Positions 40,631-52,778 of a stretch of 64,000 nt of DNA are shown piece by piece. The DNA lies in the NCBI GenBank assembly GCA_963747235.1, contig CAVVEU010000040.1, forward strand, positions 480,001-544,000, read 5' to 3'. Origin of the DNA: an uncultured Candidatus Rokubacteria bacterium (lineage in GTDB: Bacteria; Methylomirabilota; Methylomirabilia; Rokubacteriales; CSP1-6). The position numbers and the translations under genes were made by a program. The number at the start of each line of letters is the position of its first letter. Within the stretch, counting starts at the first letter, position 1. Below the pieces are notes generated by a model, which had not been told where the DNA came from, ran no database searches, and saw only the letters and a list, made by a program, of their open reading frames with translations.

Positions 40631-41353
40631 ATGCTCGCGCTGGCCCGACGCTTCGATTTCGAGCGGGACACGTTCACGTTTCCGAACGAGCTCGTGTGGG
40701 AGTACCACTTCGACGCGGCGTTGGGTCAGACCCGCGCGGTCCGCCGCCGGCCGGCGCCCCGCTACGCGCTCCGCTGCTTCGTGCTGGTCCGCGCCGCGCG
40801 ACAGTTCTTCTATCACGCGCGGTTCGAGCCGGCGGAGCCGCCCGCCGACGACCTCACGTATCGGCGATTGATCCGCGCCGTGCTCGTCCGGCCCCCACGG
40901 CGACCGTCTCCGCCCGAGGAGCGCGTGGTCATCCCGGGCTACGCGGGGCTGCGGGAGCTCAGCGCGGCGCGCGAGCCGGTCGTGAAGGCGGCCTGCGGCG
41001 GGGCGTGGCGGTCCTACGTGCAGCACAGCCACTGGCGGATCGTGGTCCCGGTCTCGCGCGCGCACCAGCACCGCACCGCGGGCGAGCTCCTGAACGCGGT
41101 CGCGGATCACAGCGCGCCGCTCGTCCACCTGCTCCGCTTCCCGTCGCTCGCCATCAACCACGGGATGGTGGTGTTCGAGGGCGCGCGCACGAGCGAAGGG
41201 GCTCAGTTCCTCGCCTACGACCCGAACGACCCGGAGCGCCCGGCGCGCCTCACGTATGACCGGGAGCGCCGGAGCTTCTCGCTGCCCGCGAATCGTTACT
41301 GGCACGGCGGCGCGCTCAACGTCTTCGAGATCTTCCGCCGCTGGTACCTCTAG
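40631..41353 (+). CDS. Hypothetical protein, possible papain-like Cys-His-Asp hydrolase
   Basis: RCFVL ... NHGMVVF ... AYDPN in papain-like order. Confidence 0.7.
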   Translation: MLALARRFDFERDTFTFPNELVWEYHFDAALGQTRAVRRRPAPRYALRCFVLVRAARQFFYHARFEPAEPPADDLTYRRLIRAVLVRPPRRPSPPEERVVIPGYAGLRELSAAREPVVKAACGGAWRSYVQHSHWRIVVPVSRAHQHRTAGELLNAVADHSAPLVHLLRFPSLAINHGMVVFEGARTSEGAQFLAYDPNDPERPARLTYDRERRSFSLPANRYWHGGALNVFEIFRRWYL

Positions 41354-41367
41354 CCGGCCGCGGCCGG

Positions 41368-41871
41368 CTACCGGTCGCGCCCGTGCCCCTTCCCTTTCCC
41401 CTTGCTCTTGCCGTGCCGGTCGTCGCGATCGTCGTCGTCGCGGTCCCGGTCCCGTGACTTCCACTCGCGCTTGTCGGCCCACTCGCGCCCCCAATCCTCC
41501 TGCCAGCGCGGAGGCCGCTCGGACGCCCACTTCTTCCAGTGACCGGGCGGGACGTGGTAGTACCGCACCGGCACGAACAGCACGGGCCGGGGCACGAATT
41601 CGGGGGCGACGACGACCCACGGACCGTTGTAACCGCCGCTGACGTACCACCCGCCGCTCGCGAACGCCCAGTACTGCCCGTTGTAGAAGAACAGGTTGCC
41701 CGGAGCGGCGGGGGCCGCCACGTAGCGCACCGCGGGCACCTGTGGCACGACGATCAGCCGGGGCGGAGCGGGGAGACGGATGCCGATGTCGACGTGCACC
41801 TGCACCTGCGCCTGCGCCACGGCGGGCGCGACGATCACCAGCGCGATCAGCGTCATCGTCACGATGTGCAT
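41368..41871 (-). CDS. Secreted Pro/aromatic-rich hypothetical protein with charged tail
   Basis: Signal peptide; PPRLIVVP, FFYNGQYW, YNGPW, PPGHWKK; tail DRDDRHGKSKGKGKGH. Confidence 0.75.
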   Translation of the reverse strand: MHIVTMTLIALVIVAPAVAQAQVQVHVDIGIRLPAPPRLIVVPQVPAVRYVAAPAAPGNLFFYNGQYWAFASGGWYVSGGYNGPWVVVAPEFVPRPVLFVPVRYYHVPPGHWKKWASERPPRWQEDWGREWADKREWKSRDRDRDDDDRDDRHGKSKGKGKGHGRDR

Positions 41872-41945
41872 GCGGGTCCTCCCTGTCCGGTATTCTCTCC
41901 CATGAGAATTGTTGCGCCTACGCCTTTGACCGGCCGCGACCGGCG

Positions 41946-42548
41946 CTAGGGCTCGCCCAGCGTCGCGATGAAGTGGACCAGGCTCACGATCTCGTCGTCG
42001 GTGAGCGGCTGCGTGGCCACCGTCATGGTCCCGTCGAGATCGGAGGCGGTCCGGGCCTTGAAGCCGCGCAGCAGGCGCAGGAGATAGTCGAGGTCCTGGC
42101 CGGCCAGGCGCGCGGCCTGCTCCTGCCCGACGAGCCCGGGGCGATGGCACGAGGTGCAGTGGTAGAGATCGGCGAGCGGCTGCCCGGCCGCGACCCGCGC
42201 CGGATCGGTGGCCGCCGGGCGCCGGCGCGGCCGCTGCGCGGCGTAGTAGGCGGAGAGATCGGCCATGTCCGCGTCGCTCAGGATCGCGGCGAAGGGCGCC
42301 ATCACCGGATCCTTGCGCCGGCCGTCCCGGTACTTGATGAGCTGCCAGTGCGTGAAGTAGACGGGCTGCCCGGCGAGGGACGGGGTGCCCGGCATGGTCG
42401 CGTTGCCGTCGCGGCCGTGGCAGGCCGCGCACGGCTCGGCCTTGCGCCGTCCCGCCTCGAGGTCCGCCGCGAGCGCCGGCGCCCCGCCCGCCATCGCCAC
42501 GAGGGCGACGGCGAGCGAGAGGCCGGCAAGGACGCGCGGCGCGCTCAG
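41946..42548 (-). CDS. Di-heme cytochrome c4
   Basis: CAACH and CTSCH, two LAGQ motifs; full signal peptide only from CTG 42548. Confidence 0.88.
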   Translation of the reverse strand: MSAPRVLAGLSLAVALVAMAGGAPALAADLEAGRRKAEPCAACHGRDGNATMPGTPSLAGQPVYFTHWQLIKYRDGRRKDPVMAPFAAILSDADMADLSAYYAAQRPRRRPAATDPARVAAGQPLADLYHCTSCHRPGLVGQEQAARLAGQDLDYLLRLLRGFKARTASDLDGTMTVATQPLTDDEIVSLVHFIATLGEP

Positions 42549-43735
42549 GGCTGGTAGGTGACCCGGTAGATCGCCCCGGCGTAGTCGTCGGCGATCAGGA
42601 GCGAGCCGTCCTTCATCTGCCGCGTGTAGACCGGGCGGCCCCAGATCTGATCGCCCTGGAGCCAGCCTTCGGCGAAGACCTCGTACTTCGGCACGTCGCC
42701 GGTGCGGAGGGTGACCATCATCACCGTGAAGCCGCTCTTCTTGGTCCGGTTCCAGGAGCCGCGCTGGGCCAGGAACACGCGGTTCTTGTACTCGGCGGGG
42801 AACATCGAGCCGGTGTAGAACTCGACGCCGTTGCCGGCCACGTGCGGGCCGGTCTTGATCAGCGGCGGCGCGAACTCCGAGCAGGAGCGACCCTTGCCGA
42901 ACTCGGGATCGAGGATGTCGCCCTGGTGGCAGTACGGGAAGCCGAAGTGCAGGCCCTTCTTCGACGCCACGTCGAAGCGGTCGCTCGGCACGTCCTCGCC
43001 GAGCCAGTCGCGCGCGTGGGTGGCGAAGTAGAGCTCCTTGGTCACCGGGTGCCAGTCGAAGCCCACGCTGTTGCGCACCCCGTGGGCCACGTACTCGAAG
43101 CCGCTGCCGTCGGGATTCACGCGCGAGATGTTGGCGTGGGTGTCGGGCGGGATGCAGATGTTACAGGGCGCGCCGATGTTGAAGTAGAGCTTGCCGTCCG
43201 GCCCGAAGGCCAGGTACTTCCAGCCGTGCGGCAGATCGCGCGGCAGGATGTCGTAGACCACGTCCATCTTGGGCGGGCTGTCGAGCTTGTCCTCGATGCC
43301 CACCATCTTGGTGATCTGCGAGATCTCCGCGATGTAGAGCGTGCCGTCCTTGAAGGCCACCCCGTTGGGCAGGTTGAGGCCCTTGGCGATGACCTTGACC
43401 TCGCGCTGGCCGCCCTTGTCCACCACCGCGTAGACGTTGCCGGCCACGCGGCTGCTGACGAACAGCGTGCCCTTGTCGCCCCAGGCCATCGCCCGGGCGT
43501 TGTTGATCCCGTGCGCCCAGAGCGACACCTTGAAGCCCGGCGGCACCTTGATCTTGTCCACCGGGATCTCGCCGGGGGCCTTGGGCGCGGGCGGCTGGGC
43601 GATGGGCGCCAGCGGCGAGTTGGCCATCTCGGCGGGCTGGCCCTGCTTCCAGGACGGCGGCGCCTGGGCGAGGGCCGGGAATGCCAGCGCGAGCGTGAGC
43701 AGGACCGCGAGGGATATCGAGATCAACGGCCGCAT
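42545..43735 (-). CDS. PQQ-dependent sugar/sorbosone dehydrogenase family
   Basis: PNGVAF, HGWKYLAFGPDGKLY, GAPCNIC, GVRNSVGFDWHP, RGSWNR, GRPV. Confidence 0.9.
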   Translation of the reverse strand: MRPLISISLAVLLTLALAFPALAQAPPSWKQGQPAEMANSPLAPIAQPPAPKAPGEIPVDKIKVPPGFKVSLWAHGINNARAMAWGDKGTLFVSSRVAGNVYAVVDKGGQREVKVIAKGLNLPNGVAFKDGTLYIAEISQITKMVGIEDKLDSPPKMDVVYDILPRDLPHGWKYLAFGPDGKLYFNIGAPCNICIPPDTHANISRVNPDGSGFEYVAHGVRNSVGFDWHPVTKELYFATHARDWLGEDVPSDRFDVASKKGLHFGFPYCHQGDILDPEFGKGRSCSEFAPPLIKTGPHVAGNGVEFYTGSMFPAEYKNRVFLAQRGSWNRTKKSGFTVMMVTLRTGDVPKYEVFAEGWLQGDQIWGRPVYTRQMKDGSLLIADDYAGAIYRVTYQP

Positions 43736-43839
43736 GGTGGACCTCCCCGTTGAGGAGTCGAGTGAAGATCGGACCGTTTCGGCAGCGGGACGATACGGCG
43801 TGGCCTCGCCGCTTGTCAAGACGTGGCCGCTGGCGGATC

Positions 43840-45840
43840 ATGCGCCCCATGCCCACCCCACGCGCCATGGTCCCGCAGGATCTCACCCGCATCCGCTTCG
43901 CCAGCGATCCCCAGATCGCCCCCGACGGCCGCACGGTCGCCTTCGTGGTCACCACGCTGTCCGAGGACAAGGACGAGTATCTCTCCAACATCTGGGTGGT
44001 GAGCGCGACCGGCGGCGAGCCCCGCCGCTTCACGACCGGCCCGCGGCGGGACACCAGCCCCGCGCTGGTCGCCCGACGGCTCGCGCCTGGCCTTCATCTC
44101 CGAGCGCGAGCCCGGCAAGAAGGGCCAGCTCCACGTGATGCCGGCCGCGCGGCGGCGAGGCGACCCGCCTCACCGATCTCCGGCACGGCCTGAGCGCGCC
44201 CGAATGGTCGCCCGACGGCACCCGCCTCGCCTTCGCCGCGCGAGTGGGCGGCCCGCCGGAGCCCGTGTCCGAGGAGGACAAGCGCAAGTCGAAGCCCCCG
44301 CGCGTGATCACCACCATGAAGTACCGGTTCAACGGCGAGGGCTTCACCTATGATCGGCGCCCGCAGATCTTCGTGGTGGCCGCCCCAGGCAGTGGATCAG
44401 AGGCCGGCGCGCCGCGCCAGCTCACCGAGGGCGACCACGACCACGCCGATCCCGCGTGGTCCCCGGACGGGCGCGCGATCGCCTTCACGTCGGCCCGCCA
44501 CGACGAGCGCGACCACGACGACGTCACCGACGTCTGGCTGGTGGCCGCCCCAGGCCAGTGGATCAGAGGCCGGCGCGCCCCGCCGCCTGACCTCCACCGC
44601 GGGCCCCGCCGGCCACGCGGCCTTCTCGCCCGCCGGCGACACGATCGCCTACCTGGGGCGAGCGGAGACCAACGCGTTCGGCGGCAATATCCGGCTCTTC
44701 GCGATCCCGACCGCGGGCGGCGCGCCCCGCTGTCTCACCGCCGACTTCGATCGGTCCTGCTCACCGCTCGGCGTCCAGCCGGTCTGGAGTCCCGACGGCG
44801 GCACCATCACCGTGGCCGCGGAGGACCAGGGCAGCCTCGGCGTCTACCGGGTGCCGGCTGACGGCGGGCCGGTCACGCGAATCGTCGCGGGCGAGCGCGT
44901 GATCAGTGGCTTCTCGGTGTCCCGCGACGGCCGGACCATAGCCTTCGCGGCGAGCGAGCCCGATTCCCCGGCCGAGGTCTTCGTCTGCGGGGCGGACGGC
45001 GGCGGCGAGAAGCGACATCACCGACCTCAACCGGGACTGGAAGCGCGAGGTCACGCTGAGCCGCCCGGAGCGATTCCGCTTCGAGCGGGCCGGCATGACG
45101 GTGGACGCCTGGATCATGAAGACCGTTCGGCTTCGAGGCCGGCACCCGCTATCCCCTGCTCGTGAACGTGCACGGCGGCCCGCACGCGCAGTACGGCTAC
45201 CCGTTCCTCGACGAGTTCCAGGTCCAGGCGGGCGCGGGCTACGGCGTGCTCTACACCAACCCGCGCGGCAGCCAGGGGTACGGCGAAGCCTTCACCCGCG
45301 CGGTGGTGGGCGACTGGGGCGGCGGCGACGCGGCGGACGTGCAGGCCGGCCTCGACGAGGCGCTCGGACGCTACGACTGGATCGATCCCGCGCGGCTGGG
45401 CCTGCTGGGCGGCAGCTACGGCGGGTTCATGACGAGCTGGATCGTGGGCCACTCCACCCGCTTCAAGGCCGCCTGCTCGGAGCGCGCGGTGAACAGCCAC
45501 GTCACCATGTTCGGGTCGAGCGACATCGGCCACCTCTTCAACGTGGGCGAGCTGGGCGGCGTGCTCCCGTGGGAGAACATGGCGAAGTACCTCGAGCGCT
45601 CGCCGCTGACCTACGCGCGAGACATCACCACCCCGCTGCTGATCATCCACTCCGAGGACGACCTGCGCTGCCCGATCGGGGAGGGCGAGCAGCTCTTCGT
45701 GGCGCTCAAGACGCTGCGCCGCGAGGTGGTGTTCGTGCGCTTCCCGGACGAGAACCACGAGCTCTCGCGCTCGGGCAAGCCGCGGCATCGTCTCGAGCGC
45801 TTCCGGATCATCCTCGACTGGTTCGCGAAGTACGTCTACG
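43840..45840 (+). CDS. S9 family (acylaminoacyl) peptidase, multiple frameshifts
   Basis: WSPDG propeller repeats, VHGGP, NPRGS, GGSYGG, D-RCP, ENHELSRSG. Confidence 0.88.
44374..44579 (+). repeat. 40-bp direct repeat inside the S9 gene (44374..44413 and 44539..44579)
   Basis: TGGTGGCCGCCCCAGGC(C)AGTGGATCAGAGGCCGGCGCGCC twice, differing only by one extra C. Confidence 0.85.
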
Positions 45841-46902
45841 CGGAAGGCGGGCATGACCTGGGCGCCGAAGCGCTTCATCGAGTCCACGATGCGCTCGTGG
45901 CCCAGGTAGCCGAAGCTCATCTGGCAGAGGATGTGCTGCACCCCGGCGGCGCGCAGCTCCGCCACCTGCTCGGCGACCCGGCGGGCGGTGCCGTAGAGCG
46001 CGCCGGTGGCCAGCGACTGGCGCACCGCCTCGTCCTCCGGCACGCTCGGATCGTTGAACGCGTTCACCACCGCGGGATCCACGCGGTAGTCCTCGGGATT
46101 GTGCGCGGCGCGCGCGCCCAGCATGTGCCGGCGCGTGTGCGCGAGGGTGTCGGCCAGCCGGTCCTCGGCCTCGGCGTGGCTCTCGGCCACGTAGACGTGG
46201 CGCCACACCGCGACGTCGCGGCGGAGCCGGTCGCGGACCGGCGCCGGGTACCCGCCCGCGAGCAGCCCGTCTTCGTAGAGCTTGAGCCGCTCGCCCAGCA
46301 CGCCGAGCGGCCAGCCGCGAGGTCAGGATGGGCACGCCCTGCCGGCCGCACTCGGCGAACGAGCCCGGCGTCACGACGCTGCGCCAGATCGGCGGGTGCG
46401 GGCGCTGGTACACCCGCGGGCGTAGCGCGGGCAGGCTCACCTGGAAGAACTTGCCCTGGTAGCTGAAGGGCTCCTCGGTCCACGCGCGGGTCAGGATCTC
46501 GAGGGCCTCCGCGCTGCGCTCGCGGCTGTCGTCGCTGCGCAGCCCGTAGCCCACGTACTCGTACTCGTTGTAGAGCGTGCCGCGCCCCACCCCCACGTCG
46601 AGGCGCCCCCGGCTCAGATTGTCCAGCAGCGCGAGCTGCACGGCCAGGCGCACCGGATGCCGGAGCGCGAGCTGGATGACCGCGAAGCCGATCCGCACGC
46701 GCGTGGTGCGGGCGGCCAGCGCGCTCGCGAACGGGATCGGATCGCAGTAGACGGCCTCGCCGGTGAAGTTGTGCTCGGTGAGCCAGACCGAGTCGAAGCC
46801 GACTTCCTCGGCCAGGCACGCCTGGGTGAGCTGCTCCTCGATGGCGGTGTAGTCGTCGGCCGCCGACGGCGAATGCGAGAGGGTCAGCCAGCCGAAGCGC
46901 AT
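45836..46902 (-). CDS. LLM-class flavin-dependent oxidoreductase (frameshift ~46310)
   Basis: GFDSVWLTEHNF, HPVRLA, LDNLSRGRLDVGVGRG, QRPHPPIW. Confidence 0.87.
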
Positions 46903-46906
46903 CGGA

Positions 46907-46922
46907 CCTCCTTGTATCATGT
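46907..46922. repeat. 16-bp direct repeat, copy 1
   Basis: CCTCCTTGTATCATGT, identical to 48192..48207. Confidence 0.85.
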
Positions 46923-47651
46923 GAGTCGTGCGAATCCGATCTCGTAGATGAGGAACAGCCCGAAGCCCACGCTGAGCAGTCCGGCGGCCAGGGTCAGGAC
47001 ACGGTTCACGCCGAGGAGCCTCCGCGCCGAGTACACGAACGGCAGCGCGATCGCCAGAGTGATCAACATCATGCCCGCGATCGTCCCGAGACCGAAGACG
47101 AAGAGGTACGCCAGATACAGGAGCGGGTCGTGGATGGTCGCGACCACGAGCAGGGCCACCGCCGCCGATCCGGCGAGACCGTGGACCACGCCGACCACGA
47201 ACGGGCGCGCGGCCTGGTAGAAGCCGAGCCCGCCGAAGCGCCGGTCGAGCCGGCCGAGCGGCGTCTCGTGCACCCCGTGCCCGTGGTGCTCGGCGTCGTG
47301 GCCGCCGGGATGAGCATGGACGTAGTCACCGTGGGCGTGTGGGCCGGACTGCTGTCGCCGGACCCCGGCAACGCCGAGGGCGCCCAGCACGATGAGCATG
47401 AGGGCCACCGAGAGCTCCATGGTGAGTCCCACCTGCGCCGGAACCACCAGACCGAAGAAGGCGATGACGCCGCCGGCCAGCAGGATCGTGAAAGTATGCC
47501 CGAGACCCCACAGGACCCCGATCAGTGCCGCATTTCCGATCGTCCGCTCGCGGCTGACGATCGTCGCAACCGCAACCACGTGATCCGGATCGGTGGCGTG
47601 GCGCATCCCGAGGAAGAACCCCAGCGCGGCGAGCGGCAGGAGGGAGAACAC
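46917..47651 (-). CDS. Nickel/cobalt permease (HoxN/NixA/UreH-like)
   Basis: GMRHATDPDH, WGLGH, His-rich loop HAHGDYVHAH, VHGLAGS. Confidence 0.87.
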   Translation of the reverse strand: MFSLLPLAALGFFLGMRHATDPDHVVAVATIVSRERTIGNAALIGVLWGLGHTFTILLAGGVIAFFGLVVPAQVGLTMELSVALMLIVLGALGVAGVRRQQSGPHAHGDYVHAHPGGHDAEHHGHGVHETPLGRLDRRFGGLGFYQAARPFVVGVVHGLAGSAAVALLVVATIHDPLLYLAYLFVFGLGTIAGMMLITLAIALPFVYSARRLLGVNRVLTLAAGLLSVGFGLFLIYEIGFARLT

Positions 47652-47666
47652 GCGGCGACGTGAGGA

Positions 47667-48185
47667 TCAGGCGCCGATCAGGGTCCGCGCCAGCTCGATC
47701 TCCCCCAGATGCGTCATGCCGTGGGTGAGCCCGACCTGCCCCAGGCACTGGACGACCGTCATCTCGCCGAGCGGCTTGACCATCACCGTCTTCTCGAGGA
47801 GCTCGGGGGTGGCCGCGGCGAAGAGCTCCTCGGTGCCGGCCCACACCTTCTGCGTGTACTCCTGGAAGAGCGGGATGTCCTTGATGCGCAGCGCCTGGGC
47901 CTCCTCGGTGGACATCCCGGTGCCCTGCGCGGCGGGCGGCAGCCCCAGCTTCTGGCCGTAGCCGCTCTCGGTCCAGATCGGCGGCCGCCGGTCCTGGATC
48001 ACCCAGCGCACGATGTTGTCCTCGGTGCGCACGTAGTGCCAGATCCCCCACCCGATGGTGTTGGCCTTCGGGTGCCCGGCCGGCACCGTGTGGAGCTGCT
48101 CCGGCGTGAGCTCGGCCAGTGCCTTGTCGAGACCTTTGTGAAGCCGCTTGAGATTTGCCCGGATGAAGTCCGCCGCGGTCAGCAT
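47667..48185 (-). CDS. DinB/YfiT-like family protein
   Basis: NTIGWGIWHYVRTED, THGMTHLGEI; AGGAGG RBS. Confidence 0.85.
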   Translation of the reverse strand: MLTAADFIRANLKRLHKGLDKALAELTPEQLHTVPAGHPKANTIGWGIWHYVRTEDNIVRWVIQDRRPPIWTESGYGQKLGLPPAAQGTGMSTEEAQALRIKDIPLFQEYTQKVWAGTEELFAAATPELLEKTVMVKPLGEMTVVQCLGQVGLTHGMTHLGEIELARTLIGA

Positions 48186-48191
48186 GGTGAG

Positions 48192-48207
48192 CCTCCTTGT
48201 ATCATGT
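48192..48207. repeat. 16-bp direct repeat, copy 2
   Basis: CCTCCTTGTATCATGT, identical to 46907..46922. Confidence 0.85.
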
Positions 48208-48212
48208 ATAAT
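48207..48212 (+). promoter_or_regulatory. Sigma-70 -10 box for the riboswitch-ahcY transcript
   Basis: Perfect TATAAT ~16 nt before the riboswitch. Confidence 0.55.
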
Positions 48213-48228
48213 CGTGGCCGGTACACAG

Positions 48229-48312
48229 CTCCGAGGAGCGTTGCGACGGGAGCCCTTCCCGCCAGGCTCGGAGTGGCCGACCCCTCGGGTCGGCTGTGGG
48301 CAACGGCGCTCG
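48229..48312 (+). ncRNA. SAH riboswitch
   Basis: CTCCGAGGAGCGTTGC...GCCAGGCTCGGAG...CAACGGCGCTCG matches the SAH aptamer consensus, including the pseudoknot; directly upstream of ahcY. Confidence 0.9.
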
Positions 48313-48342
48313 CAAACTCCCATACCATAAGGAGAGCGCGAG

Positions 48343-50130
<1,788 letters not shown>

Positions 50131-50136
<6 letters not shown>

Positions 50137-50983
50137 CACTGCCGTGCAGGGCGGCGGCCGGGCTGTACCGGTCGACGGTGGCTACCGGGTCACCGGTCGC
50201 TGGCCATTCGGCACCGGGTGCCAGGAGAGCCCCTGGATGCTGGGCAGCTTCCAGATCCTCGATGGCGACCAGCCGCGCCGGAGCCCGGATGGCGCCTCGG
50301 TCTACTGGCGCGGCGTCTTCCATCGCGCCGAAACGCAGATTGTCGCGGGGAGCTGGGATGTGTCCGGGCTCCGTGCGACCGGCAGCTTCGACTGGACGGT
50401 CGACGACGTCTTTCTGCCGGAGCGGCGGACGATGGTCCACGCCGGTGTCCCGCTCGACAACCAGTGGAGCCACTGGCCGGGAATCTCGTACGCGCTGCCG
50501 GCGCAGGCCTGGGTCGGGCCACATCACAGCGCCGTGATCACCGGCATCGCCCGGGCCGGCATCGACGCGCTGATCGAGCTGGCCGTCGAGAAGACGCCCC
50601 GCGGCCGGACCAGTCGTCTCTGCGACAACCCGCAAGTGCAGGACGCGATCGGCCGGGCCGACGCGATCCTGAACGCGGGCCGCGCGTATCGCAGCGCGAC
50701 GATCACGGAGGTGTGGAACACGATCGCGGCCGGAGAAGATACGACCCTGGAGCAGCGCGCCCGGTGCCGGCTGGCCGCCGTCCACGCCGCCGACTGTGCC
50801 CGTGAGGCGATGGACCTGGTGTACCGGCAGGGTGGCAGCACGTCCTACCGGCGCGAGAGCCGTCTGGCCGAGTGCTGGCGCGATCTCCAGGTCGTCGGTC
50901 AGGCGGTCACCATCATGCCGGAGTGGTACCCGATGGGCGGCCGGGTCTTCATGAAGATGGACCCGGGCCCGCGGCTGCGCTAG
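50131..50983 (+). pseudogene. Acyl-CoA-dehydrogenase-fold flavin hydroxylase (HsaA-like), N-terminally truncated
   Basis: GGYRVTGRWPFGTGC, WDVSGLRATGS, GGSTSY, CWRDL; starts mid-protein with no RBS. Confidence 0.78.
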
Positions 50984-51058
50984 CTCCACGGCGTGACGAT
51001 CGTGGATGCCGGCCCGCCGCGCCTCCGGTAGGCCACCCGGAGCGCCGGGCGGCGCGCC

Positions 51059-52672
51059 TCAGGCCCCGCCGATCTTCTCGCGCCGCACGCGGATGCCGGC
51101 CGCCTCGCGGTCCCAGGTGTCCGGCGTCACGCCTTCGGCGCGCAGGCGGTGCTTCTCCGCCTTCTGCGTCGGCGTCTTCGGCAGCTCGGCGGTGATGCGC
51201 ACGTAGCGGGGAATCATGAAGTGCGCCAGGCGCGGCCGCAGGAACTCGATCAGCTCCGCCGGATCGAGGCGGGCGCCGGGCAGGAGCGCCAGCACCGCCA
51301 TGACCTCGTCCTCGCCGTGCTCGCTCGGCACCGCCACCGCGGCGGCCTCGCGCACCGCGGGATGCGACAGGAGCTCGATCTCCACCTCGTAGGAGGAGAT
51401 GTTCTCGCCGCGGCGGCGGATCGCGTCCTTCACCCGGTCGACGTAGTAGTAGTTGCCCAGGGCGTCCTGGCGGAAGGCGTCGCCGGTGTGGAACCACCCG
51501 TTGCGCCAGGCGCGCGCGGTGGCCGCCGGGTCGTTGTGATAGCCGTGGTTGAGCGCCCAGGGCCTGGCCGTGCGCAGGATCATCTCGCCGACCTCGCCCG
51601 GCGCCACCGCGCGGTCGTCGGCGTCGACCAGGCGCGCCTCGCTGCCGGGGCGCAGGCGGCCGCAGAAGCCGCGGCCCTGCGGCTGGGGCTCCGACACGAT
51701 CGGGTTGTTGATCTCCGTCATGTTGAACACGGTGCGCACGTCGATGCCGAAGCGGGCGGCGAAGCCCGGCACGTCGTCGACCAGCGGCACCATGAACGCG
51801 AGCTTCAGCGGGTGGTCGCGATCTCCCGGCCCGGGCGGGCGCTTCCACAGGAAGCTCGCCATCGCGCCGAGCAGGAAGACGACCGTCGCCTCGGTGCGTC
51901 GCACCAGGGGCCAGAAGCTCTCGGTGTCGAAGCTCGGCACCACCGCGAGCGAGCCGGCGCGGAAGGTCATGCAGTTGACCAGGCCGGTGCCGCCGACGTG
52001 GAACATCGGCATGGTCATGAAGTAGCGGTCGGCGCCGGTGATGAAGGGCCACGCCTCCGGCCCCATCATCGACCAGCCCTGGCAGTAGGACGACAGCACC
52101 GCCTTCGACGGCCCGGTGGTGCCGGAGGTGAAGATCACGGTCTGGGTGTCCCACGGCTCGATCGGGCGGGCGAGCGGCGGCAGCGCGCGATCGCTCGGGG
52201 CCAGCGCCTCGGGGCCGTGCGCGACGAGCCGCGTCGCCGCCGTGCCGCCGAGGACGACGACGGCCTCGAGCCGGGCCGGCTCGATCTCCTGCAGGCGCGG
52301 CACCAGGTCGGCGTGCGCCACCATCAGCCGCGCATCCGATACGCGGATCACGTGCTCCAGCAGCCGGCCGCGATAGGCCAGGTTCACGGGCACGTAGACG
52401 GCGCCGAGGTGGTTCAGGGCCAGCATGAGCAGGATGCTGTCGGGGCCGGTCGGCAGCCAGCTCAGCACGTGCTCGCCCTGGCGGACGCCGAGCCGCGCCA
52501 GGCCGCAGGCCATCTGCACGATACGATCGTGCGCGCCGCGCCAGGTCAGCGTCGGCGCGTCGGGGAATACCAGGAACGGCCGGTCGCCGTGCTCCGCCGC
52601 GTTGCGCTCCACCAGATAGCGCGCAACGCACACCTCCCGTGCCGGTACCTCGGCAAGCGACCCGCTCATCAC
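51059..52672 (-). CDS. AMP-binding acyl-CoA ligase (crotonobetaine/carnitine-CoA ligase-like)
   Basis: IFTSGTTGPSK, NMTE, WFHTGD, DRVKDAIRRRGENIS, LPKTPTQK. Confidence 0.92.
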   Translation of the reverse strand: MMSGSLAEVPAREVCVARYLVERNAAEHGDRPFLVFPDAPTLTWRGAHDRIVQMACGLARLGVRQGEHVLSWLPTGPDSILLMLALNHLGAVYVPVNLAYRGRLLEHVIRVSDARLMVAHADLVPRLQEIEPARLEAVVVLGGTAATRLVAHGPEALAPSDRALPPLARPIEPWDTQTVIFTSGTTGPSKAVLSSYCQGWSMMGPEAWPFITGADRYFMTMPMFHVGGTGLVNCMTFRAGSLAVVPSFDTESFWPLVRRTEATVVFLLGAMASFLWKRPPGPGDRDHPLKLAFMVPLVDDVPGFAARFGIDVRTVFNMTEINNPIVSEPQPQGRGFCGRLRPGSEARLVDADDRAVAPGEVGEMILRTARPWALNHGYHNDPAATARAWRNGWFHTGDAFRQDALGNYYYVDRVKDAIRRRGENISSYEVEIELLSHPAVREAAAVAVPSEHGEDEVMAVLALLPGARLDPAELIEFLRPRLAHFMIPRYVRITAELPKTPTQKAEKHRLRAEGVTPDTWDREAAGIRVRREKIGGA

Positions 52673-52778
52673 GGCTCCTCAGTGTAGCCGATCGGCCGCT
52701 TGCCGAGGTGGACGACGGCTCCGGTAGCCTACCCCGGCCGGCCCGGGCCTCTCTCACCGGGCGGACAGAGGAGACGCG

